Assembly: GCA_018652955.1 (NCBI GenBank) | Contig: JABIBA010000013.1 | Location: forward strand, 164,253-228,252 | DNA from: Candidatus Peribacter sp. | GTDB lineage: Bacteria; Patescibacteriota; Gracilibacteria; Peribacterales; Peribacteraceae | Length of the DNA: 64,000 nucleotides | Reading direction: 5' to 3' | In this document: in pieces, positions 44,277-51,043 of the stretch | Layout of the letters: each line of letters starts with the position of its first letter | Position numbering within the stretch: the stretch's first letter is position 1 | The notes under the pieces: model-generated | What the model was told of the DNA's origin: nothing | The model's input: the letters and a program-made list of their open reading frames with translations, nothing else | The model's database searches: none | Made by a program: the position numbers and the translations under genes

Positions 44277-44962
44277 TATCCCTGATATTCATTCTGGATA
44301 TTCTTGATACAGACTCTTTTGTCGTTACCGTCCACAATATCACCACATTTCTCTTTAATAAGATCTCGAGATCTGCTGAGGTTTCTTCGCAAACCCTGAG
44401 GAGAAATGAAGTCCACAGGAGTGTTTTCTGATAGACGGTTTCTGCGAGCAGGTTGAGTAACCTGTTGTGTTCTTCGTGTGCTGCTGGAACCCCTTAGGCA
44501 CTGGAGCCTCTCATTCGTTGTTTCTTTTCCACGGCATTCATCACGCCTATTTTTAGCTGCCCTAGATCGAGTGCGCTTGTTGTATACTCGCTGGTTTCCC
44601 TGAGGAATGTTTGCTTGAGCATCTCGAATACACGCTCTTCGCTCTTGAGTGGTAGGTAATATTCCACAGCGCTCTCCTCGTTGCTCTGTGTTGTGTTCTA
44701 CGTAGTTTCGTTTAATAGGTGATGCTAATCCTCGAATAGATTTGCGGTACTCCTGCATGCATGTACGCCTGTCGTTAGCATTTTTTTCATGAATACAGGT
44801 TGTCTTTAATACATCACGTGCACGAGAAATACTTCGCTTGAATCCTCTCGGTGAGCTATTGCCAACAGAACCAAAATGAATTGCAGCTTGTGCAGGTGGA
44901 ACTGCGCTGACGAAGAGTGCAAATACGGCAGTTAGAGCAATGATCGATCGAAAGAATTTCAT
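44273..44962 (-). CDS. secreted basic protein with four C-x11-C repeat modules
   Basis: Signal peptide MKFFRSIIALTAVFALFVSAVPPAQA. Modules CIHEKNANDRRTC, CGILPTTQERRAC, CRGKETTNERLQC, CGDIVDGNDKRVC. Confidence 0.55.
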   Translation of the reverse strand: MKFFRSIIALTAVFALFVSAVPPAQAAIHFGSVGNSSPRGFKRSISRARDVLKTTCIHEKNANDRRTCMQEYRKSIRGLASPIKRNYVEHNTEQRGERCGILPTTQERRACIRDAQANIPQGNQRVYNKRTRSRAAKNRRDECRGKETTNERLQCLRGSSSTRRTQQVTQPARRNRLSENTPVDFISPQGLRRNLSRSRDLIKEKCGDIVDGNDKRVCIKNIQNEYQGY

Positions 44963-45044
44963 GAAAGAAGGAGGAAGGTCAGATGTAGTATACGCTTCTT
45001 ATATGTAAAAAGTATTTGACGTAGTGAGATGTTTCACAGTTTGC

Positions 45045-45446
45045 CTAATTATCAATCGCTCTCCTGAATTCTTTAATCTCAGATCTTTTCTTTTTTTCCT
45101 CGAGCATTTTCTCTTTTGACTTGCGCGATCTTCGCTGTTTTTGTTTTTGGATCTTGTGTCGCTTTTGTCCTATTTCTGACTGCTTCCCTTTTTTGTGTTC
45201 TTCTACTTTTACTACGAGTAATTCCCACGCTTCTTTACGGTTACGCAGAAGTCCTTTGTGGTGATGGTATCGAACATCAATATCAGTAGGCTCATGATGT
45301 AGCTCCACGCAGTTGGTGGACTTGTTAACGCTCTGTCCTCCGTGCCCACTACCACGCGTAAAGCGTTCTTCGACATCTTCGGGATTAAATTTGATCTCTT
45401 TGGCAATTACTTGGAACTTGTGGCCGATTTCTATGGGGAAGTTCAT
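45045..45446 (-). CDS. arfB: ArfB-type peptidyl-tRNA hydrolase (GGQ domain + basic C-terminal tail)
   Basis: RGSGHGGQSVNKSTNCVELHH GGQ block plus a K/R-rich tail. ATG 45446 is supported by an extended -10 box 6 nt upstream. Confidence 0.8.
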   Translation of the reverse strand: MNFPIEIGHKFQVIAKEIKFNPEDVEERFTRGSGHGGQSVNKSTNCVELHHEPTDIDVRYHHHKGLLRNRKEAWELLVVKVEEHKKGKQSEIGQKRHKIQKQKQRRSRKSKEKMLEEKKKRSEIKEFRRAIDN

Positions 45447-45452
45447 GTGTGC

Positions 45453-45461
45453 ATAGTAGCA
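45453..45461 (-). promoter_or_regulatory. extended -10 TGcTACTAT, 6 nt upstream of ATG 45446 (leaderless-type)
   Basis: Reverse complement of atagtagca at 45453-45461, spacer gcacac. Confidence 0.45.
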
Positions 45462-45532
45462 GATCAGAAAAAGACGGGTAGCTCGTGCCAACCCGTCTCT
45501 AACTGTTTCCCCAATAGTCTTTTCTGTATCAA

Positions 45533-46243
45533 TTAGTTTTGTGACTGCTCACGTGCTGCCTCTCGTACACCAAAGACGCATTCACGTAGCTCTTCATTGT
45601 CATCAATCTCTAAGCAAGTTCTCAATTCTGCTCGAAGGTCTGCACTGGTATGGATACCACCACGACGCCTTCGATTTTGGAATCTGTTAAATGCTTTTGG
45701 GTGCTCTTCTTGGAATTCACCACGAATAGTTCCACGTGCTTCCTTAGTACATGCGCGCCACTCGTCAGTGTTTTCACGTTCGCCACATGTTTCTACAATA
45801 TTTGAACGAAACTTGTGACCAATCTTTTGTCCACGACCTCGATGCTCTGGCATCTCAAGACCGTTTTCATTAAATACTTCTTCGGCACATGTCTTGGCGG
45901 CCTCGTGGTCACCAGCGTTATCTTCACGACATGCCTTGAGGTCTTCACGTACATCCTCTGGGATGTCCTGCTTCTGTCCGTCGTGTTGTCCACGACGTTG
46001 TCCACGGCGACCGTGGCCTTCTGGCTTCTCAATACCGTACTGTGCAAAGACTGCATCAGCACATGCTTTGCGGTCTTCTCGTTCTTCATTGTTATCACGA
46101 CACGCCTCAAGAGCAGTTCGTACTGCTTGGCGGTCTGTATCATCGAGGTCTCCAAATGGACCTTGAGCTCCAGCTAGAGGAGCGACTGCGAGGGTGAGTC
46201 CACCCATAAGGGAAAGGGATAATAGTCGTTGTGCGGTAGTCAT
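45533..46243 (-). CDS. secreted charged protein with four C-x11-13-C repeat modules (paralog-like of 44273..44962)
   Basis: Signal peptide MTTAQRLLSLSLMGGLTLAVAPLAGAQG (start ATG 46243). Modules CRDNNEEREDRKAC, CREDNAGDHEAAKTC, CGERENTDEWRAC, CLEIDDNEELREC. The first two units are followed by ..VF..G.E.PE.(H)RG(R)GQ. Confidence 0.55.
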   Translation of the reverse strand: MTTAQRLLSLSLMGGLTLAVAPLAGAQGPFGDLDDTDRQAVRTALEACRDNNEEREDRKACADAVFAQYGIEKPEGHGRRGQRRGQHDGQKQDIPEDVREDLKACREDNAGDHEAAKTCAEEVFNENGLEMPEHRGRGQKIGHKFRSNIVETCGERENTDEWRACTKEARGTIRGEFQEEHPKAFNRFQNRRRRGGIHTSADLRAELRTCLEIDDNEELRECVFGVREAAREQSQN

Positions 46244-46413
46244 ATATAAAGGGGTAAGAAGTAGAAATGACATTTGCACTGTCGGGGTATATGACGGACG
46301 AACTTCGGAACTCTTACAAAAATTACAAATTATAGCTCTAAACAGGTATTTAGAAGGAAATCACTTTCTTCTCAGAGTTTCTATGTAAGAATAGGTAGGT
46401 CTATACGTCATAT

Positions 46414-46944
46414 ATGCCGATGACTATCAAAAGCCACCCTGGGGCCGATGCCGATTTTGCCACTGCGTACGATGAGTTCGCTGATGCAATTTTTCGTCAT
46501 TGTTGTTACAGATGCTTTGATAGAGAACGAGCAAAGGAATTGATGCAGGAGGTATTTATGAAAGCGTGGGATTATCTCGTTGCTGGGAAAGATATCGATA
46601 ACGTTCAAGCGTTCTTATATAGAACTGCCAATAATATTTTGGTTGATGAAGCACGCAGAGCAAAAAAGAGAACAGTAGTTTCGTATGAAGATATGGAAGA
46701 GAGCGGTTTTGAAATTGAAGGAGAGGACGGAAGAGATCAGGGGCGTGTCTTTGATGCGAAAGCTATTGCACAAGTGCTTCATGAATTAGAAGAGCCTTAC
46801 AGAGCTGCCATTATCATGCGGTACATAGATGAGTTATCTCCTAAAGAGATAGCAGAGCTCTTAAATGAAACTGCCAATGTTGTTTCTGTTCGCCTTAATA
46901 GAGGCATGAAAATGTTACGTACGATTCTTGCGACCTATGGATAA
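46414..46944 (+). CDS. ECF-type RNA polymerase sigma-70 family factor
   Basis: Region 2 (AKELMQEVFMKAWDYL) and region 4 HTH (LSPKEIAELLNETANVVSVRLNRGMKML). Confidence 0.88.
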   Translation: MPMTIKSHPGADADFATAYDEFADAIFRHCCYRCFDRERAKELMQEVFMKAWDYLVAGKDIDNVQAFLYRTANNILVDEARRAKKRTVVSYEDMEESGFEIEGEDGRDQGRVFDAKAIAQVLHELEEPYRAAIIMRYIDELSPKEIAELLNETANVVSVRLNRGMKMLRTILATYG

Positions 46945-47875
46945 ACTTACCAAGCAATTCTTCGGCGATGCAAAGCGTATGCAACTCTCCTCTCAGGAGA
47001 AGGCACTGCTATGGCAGGGGATCTCTACCTTCGCAAGTGCAAAGCAGATCAGTTTAAACTCGCTCGAAAAAGCAGAAGGCTTTGAGGCGATTGCCGCACA
47101 CATGCGTAAGAATCCACTAGAAGAGACTGCGACTGTAGCACTGTTTAGCTGGATGCATTTCCATAAGCTAACAGCCAGTGTTCTTATTGCTCTTATTATT
47201 GTTGGAGGAGGTGGAGGTGGTGTGGCATATGCTTCACAGGCAGCAGTTCCTGGGGATACGCTTTATTCTATAAAGGTTGATGTTACTGAGCCGCTAATAG
47301 ATGCAGCACTTTCTTTTGATCCTGAGCGAAGGGCAGAGTGGGGAAGGCGTAGAATTAAGCGTCGCTTAAAAGAAGTCGAACATCTTTCTTCTACAGAAGA
47401 GTTCACTCCCGATAGACGTGCACGTTTGGAGGAGCGCATAGAATATCGTATGGCAAAACTGCAGGAGCATCTGGATCGTGTCCCAGAGGATCACCGTGTT
47501 GTCATGCAAGATCGTGTGGATGATGTGATGATGCGGCATCAAGAATTTCTTATAAAGATAGAGGATGGAGCGGTGAGCATAGAAGAAGTACGGGCATTTA
47601 ATGATCATGTTGGGGGAGTACGCAATCGTGCACGTGAGAAGTGGGAGAGGAAAGCTCCACCACCTATGATAAATCGTGAGCATGTACCAGAAGAGATTCG
47701 CAAAAAAAGAGAAGAATTGGGGCGTCCAATAGACCGAATGCCACCTCCTCACGAGAGGAAACTGGACCGACTCGATAGTAAATTGCCCCTAAAACACCCA
47801 TTGCGCAAGGGCAGAGATGCACAGGGTGAACGTGAAAAAGCACCTCGACCACCTCGTCAGGGGCAGCATCGATAA
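46937..47875 (+). CDS. single-pass membrane protein, putative anti-sigma factor
   Basis: Overlaps the sigma gene stop. Cytoplasmic N-terminus, TM LIALIIVGGGGGGVAYA, then an extracytoplasmic helical/charged domain starting PGDTLYSIKVDV. Role inferred from position. Confidence 0.5.
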   Translation: MDKLTKQFFGDAKRMQLSSQEKALLWQGISTFASAKQISLNSLEKAEGFEAIAAHMRKNPLEETATVALFSWMHFHKLTASVLIALIIVGGGGGGVAYASQAAVPGDTLYSIKVDVTEPLIDAALSFDPERRAEWGRRRIKRRLKEVEHLSSTEEFTPDRRARLEERIEYRMAKLQEHLDRVPEDHRVVMQDRVDDVMMRHQEFLIKIEDGAVSIEEVRAFNDHVGGVRNRAREKWERKAPPPMINREHVPEEIRKKREELGRPIDRMPPPHERKLDRLDSKLPLKHPLRKGRDAQGEREKAPRPPRQGQHR

Positions 47876-48010
47876 AATAGGAGATATCCGCTATGCAAAG
47901 GGCAAAAGTCTTTGTTAAATCTTCTGTATTTTTAGGCCCCTTGCTGAAACACTTAATTCTGTCAATTGGCTTTCTGCATAAAAAAACTGTACTAATTTGC
48001 CAATTTAGAC

Positions 48011-48040
48011 TTGCGGGGTTGACTGAATTATCCGTAGAAT
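48011..48040 (+). promoter_or_regulatory. candidate promoter TTGCGG-18nt-TAGAAT upstream of the histone-fold ORF
   Basis: ttgcgg 48011-48016, tagaat 48035-48040. ATG is 33 nt downstream. Confidence 0.3.
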
Positions 48041-48073
48041 TCGGTTCGTTATTACTTCCTACCACTCCTACTT

Positions 48074-48244
48074 ATGAGTTACGTAGTAGCTTCCAAGCTC
48101 AAAGAGCTAGTTAAGAAGCACGGTATGATGTCTTCTGGTGACCTCTCAGACGCAGTTTCTGCAAGTCTTGAGGCATCTGTTGCTAAGGCATGTGACCGCG
48201 CAAAGGCTAACGGTCGTAAGACTGTTCGCTCTGAGGACCTCTAG
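48074..48244 (+). CDS. 56-aa histone-fold-like protein (bacterial histone / DUF1931-like candidate); absent from ORF track (<60 aa)
   Basis: ATG 48074 to TAG 48242-48244 encodes MSYVVASKLKELVKKHGMMSSGDLSDAVSASLEASVAKACDRAKANGRKTVRSEDL. Helix-loop-long helix-RKT loop pattern. The C-terminus aligns with archaeal HMfB ..KLARHAGRKTIKAEDI. Flanked by a promoter-like element and a terminator. Confidence 0.6.
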   Translation: MSYVVASKLKELVKKHGMMSSGDLSDAVSASLEASVAKACDRAKANGRKTVRSEDL

Positions 48245-48263
48245 TCCACTTACACAGCGAATC

Positions 48264-48290
48264 AAAAGGACTCCTTTGGGAGTCTTTTTT
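48264..48290. terminator. bidirectional rho-independent terminator between histone-fold ORF and prfB
   Basis: AAAA-GACTCC-tttg-GGAGTC-TTTTTT. 6-bp GC-rich stem (48269-74 / 48279-84) with A-run and T-run flanks. Confidence 0.5.
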
Positions 48291-48295
48291 GATTC

Positions 48296-49376
48296 CTATT
48301 TACTTCTCTTGAGTTCCGCATCAATGAATTGTTGAATGTCTCCGTCGAGTACGGCGTCTGTGTTTCCAGTCTCGATGTTTGTGCGTAAGTCTTTCACCAT
48401 CTGGTACGGGTGTAATACGTACGACCTAATCTGCTGACCGAAGTCTGCACTTTTGCTTGCACCTTTTAATCCTTCTTTTTGCTCAGCATCCTCTGAGCGC
48501 TTTTTTTCTAGCAGCATTGCTCGTAACATATTCATTGCACGTATTCTGTTTTGTTGTTGGCTGCGTTCACTTTGGCAGGCAACAGCAAGACCTGTTGGCT
48601 CATGGGTAATACGTACGGCACTGTCGGTCTTATTTACGTGCTGCCCTCCAGCTCCGGAAGCTCGGAAGGTATCGATGCGTAGGTCTTTCTCTTCTAGTTC
48701 TATTTCGGTTGTCTCGGTTATCTCGGGTAGAACTTCTACCAAGGCAAAGCTTGTCTGTCGGAGGTTCTTTGCATTAAATGGGGAGAGGCGAACGAGCCGA
48801 TGTGTACCACGCTCACACTGCAAAAATCCGAAGGCGAATTCTCCTTGGATATGAATCGTTGCTGACTTGATACCAACTTCCTGCCCGTCTGTTTTTTCGA
48901 CAAGCGTTGCTTCCCAGCCTTGGCGTTCGCAGTACCGCAAATACATTCGCATGAGCATTGCAGCCCAGTCTTGTGCATCTGTTCCTCCTGCACCTCCACT
49001 GAGAGTGATGTAGGCATTGTTCATATCGAACTCACCACTTAAGTAGAGGCCGATCTCCACTTCTTTCCATGTGTTTTCTAGTGCTACGAATTCTTCTTCG
49101 AGAGCAGGTAAATCCTCTGCAGTTGATGCCTCTATCATTTCCAAGAGACCATCAGTCTCTGAGAGAAGGGTACTTACAGGTTCCCACTGCTTTTTTAGAC
49201 TTTTCAGTTTTGCAAAAAGCGCATTAGCAGAAGATTGATCGTCCCAGAGGTTTGGGTCTTGGGACTGCTTTTCTAATTCTTCTATGAGTTTTGGTATACC
49301 TCTTTCCTCAAAGACTGTCCTTCCCTGTGTTCAGCGCAGCTTGTAGTGCTGTGATTTTATTGAGTAGTTCTTCCAC
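48296..49376 (-). CDS. prfB: peptide chain release factor 2, requires programmed +1 frameshift
   Basis: ORF 48296..49144 carries SPF (RLSPFNA) and GGQ (SGAGGQHVNKTDSA). The N-terminal 22 codons (GTG 49376: MEELLNKITALQAALNTGKDSL) end at CTT TGA (49313-49308). Shifting +1 continues ..EERGIPKLIEELEKQSQDPNLWDDQ.. in frame with the long ORF. Exact start codon is uncertain. Confidence 0.88.
49307..49326 (-). other. prfB +1 frameshift site: AGGGAAGGA-cagt-CUU-UGA-G
   Basis: Minus-strand sequence agggaaggacagtctttgag. Slippery CUU followed by an in-frame UGA. A purine-rich SD-like element lies 4 nt upstream, as in the E. coli AGGGGG-uau-CUU-UGA-C site. Confidence 0.8.
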
Positions 49377-49440
49377 AGTGGAAGGGGGGAGGTAAGTAAT
49401 TGCTTCTATTATAGCTGCTGCTAGCGGATTTCCCTATAGC

Positions 49441-49460
49441 TGTTGTAATTTTTTACAACA
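49441..49460. repeat. perfect 8-bp inverted repeat TGTTGTAA-tttt-TTACAACA in prfB divergent intergenic region
   Basis: 49441-49448 pairs with 49453-49460. Confidence 0.9.
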
Positions 49461-49541
49461 CATTTCTTGATATATGCAAATCATCTCCATGGAAAAAGAC
49501 TCTCTTTTGCGCTATAATAAGAGGAAACCAATATAAAAACC

Positions 49542-50126
49542 TTGAATACCCAACGTCACAGTTTCGGCGACATTGCAAGACGCACAGCGTTCTCGTTCTT
49601 TCTGTTTTCACTCGTGCTTACTGCACTCCTTGCACTCTCTTGGTATTTGCTTGTTCCTGAGCTTACGAGAGTGGAAATTGGCGGTACCGTGCGCGGTTTG
49701 CAAGAGCTTAAAGCGTACAAGACAGATCTCGAAGGTCAGATTCTTACTATGGAAGATCAGAGAGGATCTTTTCTTCTTCCGGTAAATCACGATCTTTATG
49801 AGAGACTAAAAGGACTCAAGGATGAACGACTCGTGTTCCAGAAGCTTCGGAAAGAAATCCGTCAGGTGATTGTCGATCTTATTCCAGGACGAACAGACAT
49901 CGTTGTGATTTCTGGATTCTACTTTGATGCCACAACAAACATAGGAGAGATTCGTGGAGAGGTTACTAATGTTGGACCTCGTTCTATGACAGTACTGGCA
50001 CAGTTTGTAGAGGACATCGGTGCTATTGATATGGTAACGAATGTAGAAACATCAAGGTACACAAGACAAGAAGGTGAGAACGGATCGTTCTATTCACCAT
50101 TTACTTTACGTATTTCAGTCCGATGA
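49542..50126 (+). CDS. bitopic membrane protein, hypothetical (194 aa)
   Basis: N-terminal TM FSFFLFSLVLTALLALSWYLLV, then a coiled-coil-like segment. TTG start, with no in-frame ATG before the TM. TATAAT at 49514-49519 upstream. Confidence 0.4.
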   Translation: MNTQRHSFGDIARRTAFSFFLFSLVLTALLALSWYLLVPELTRVEIGGTVRGLQELKAYKTDLEGQILTMEDQRGSFLLPVNHDLYERLKGLKDERLVFQKLRKEIRQVIVDLIPGRTDIVVISGFYFDATTNIGEIRGEVTNVGPRSMTVLAQFVEDIGAIDMVTNVETSRYTRQEGENGSFYSPFTLRISVR

Positions 50127-50998
50127 TAAGTTCTGCATTCAAACGTTTGGCTGCACTTCATCCTATCCTTCTTTTTGGAACAGGATCTGGACTCATGGTG
50201 ATTGCTGGCATGTTGATGTACGCACATATCCAGACAATTATTCAGGTGAGAGATGTCTCTGTTCCGATTGTTGGACAGCTTCCACAAATGGAACGCAGGC
50301 TTGCAGCACTCACACAGCAGATTGAACTTACTGAGCTACACTCCGCAACGCGCATTGGTTCTCAGCAAGAAAAAGTAGAAGTGTATGCACTGCCAGAAGA
50401 GACAAATGTAAGTCGCGTCGTTGCGACATTCGAAGTGATTCGTGATGTACTTACACGTGATGGCTTACTTGCTGAGATGTCTAATCTTGATATTTCTGAA
50501 CCTGTAAAAAGAGATGATGGATCTACTTCTCGAACTGTATCTGTAGAGTTTGCCGCTCACGAAGATGGTTTAAAAACCATTATGCTTCTCGTACAACTCT
50601 CTGGTCTTTTGACTGTCGGTGATGTGTTGACTGAAGAAGAGGTAGAATTACTAGTGGATCGTATTGAACAAGAGAACCCATCTGGAATCGTAGCGCTCGA
50701 GCAGTTTTTGACTGCAGATCTATTGCGATATGCAGAGAACTCGAAGACGTATGAAGAGCAACTAAAGAGGTCATTTAGTTCGATGACTTTCTTAAACTTG
50801 TTTGAAAATGTTCTACGTACTTCTCTTTTGCGTGATGTAAAATCACTCCTTCGCAGTGACTTAGGAGAGATTCTTAGTGGATATAAATTGTGGCCATTAC
50901 AGCTTATGGCTATCGAAGAAGTTTCTATGAAGCCTGGGGATGCCCCAAAGTGGCAGAGGTTGGGACTGACATTATTAGTGTTTAGCGAGGAATCTTAA
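50123..50998 (+). CDS. bitopic membrane protein, hypothetical (291 aa)
   Basis: ATGA overlap with the upstream ORF. N-terminal TM ILLFGTGSGLMVIAGMLMYA, then a coiled-coil-like segment and a globular domain. Confidence 0.45.
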   Translation: MISSAFKRLAALHPILLFGTGSGLMVIAGMLMYAHIQTIIQVRDVSVPIVGQLPQMERRLAALTQQIELTELHSATRIGSQQEKVEVYALPEETNVSRVVATFEVIRDVLTRDGLLAEMSNLDISEPVKRDDGSTSRTVSVEFAAHEDGLKTIMLLVQLSGLLTVGDVLTEEEVELLVDRIEQENPSGIVALEQFLTADLLRYAENSKTYEEQLKRSFSSMTFLNLFENVLRTSLLRDVKSLLRSDLGEILSGYKLWPLQLMAIEEVSMKPGDAPKWQRLGLTLLVFSEES

Positions 50999-51008
50999 AG
51001 CCTATTTC

Positions 51009-51038
51009 TTGACAGAGCACTGCTTCAGAGCATAAATT
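51009..51038 (+). promoter_or_regulatory. near-consensus promoter TTGACA-17/18nt-(A)TAAATT upstream of infC
   Basis: ttgaca 51009-51014, ataaatt 51032-51038. Confidence 0.5.
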
Positions 51039-51043
51039 CCTCT

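Noticed and set aside
45793-46177. Long antisense/alternate-frame ORFs (45793..46155 -, 45815..46177 +, 45894..46166 +) within the second Cys-repeat gene
   Set aside because: They are by-products of the repetitive, compositionally biased coding sequence. Only the signal-peptide-bearing frame shows the regular C-x(11-13)-C periodicity.
46307-46340. ECF-type promoter (GGAACT ... TCTAA) upstream of the ECF sigma gene
   Set aside because: GGAACT at 46307-46312 and TCTAA are about 25 nt apart, far beyond the ~16-17 nt spacing of ECF promoters. The element lies ~100 nt from the start codon. Treated as chance.
47893-48335. Listed ORFs 47893..48114 (+) and 48138..48335 (+)
   Set aside because: Both overlap the 56-aa histone-fold ORF in other frames and run through its promoter or terminator. 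Their products are low-complexity with no motifs. The histone-fold frame explains the region better.
49381-49392. Strong SD-like run gaaggggggagg on the plus strand
   Set aside because: No start codon or ORF follows at suitable spacing on the plus strand. The stretch lies in the minus-strand prfB 5' region.
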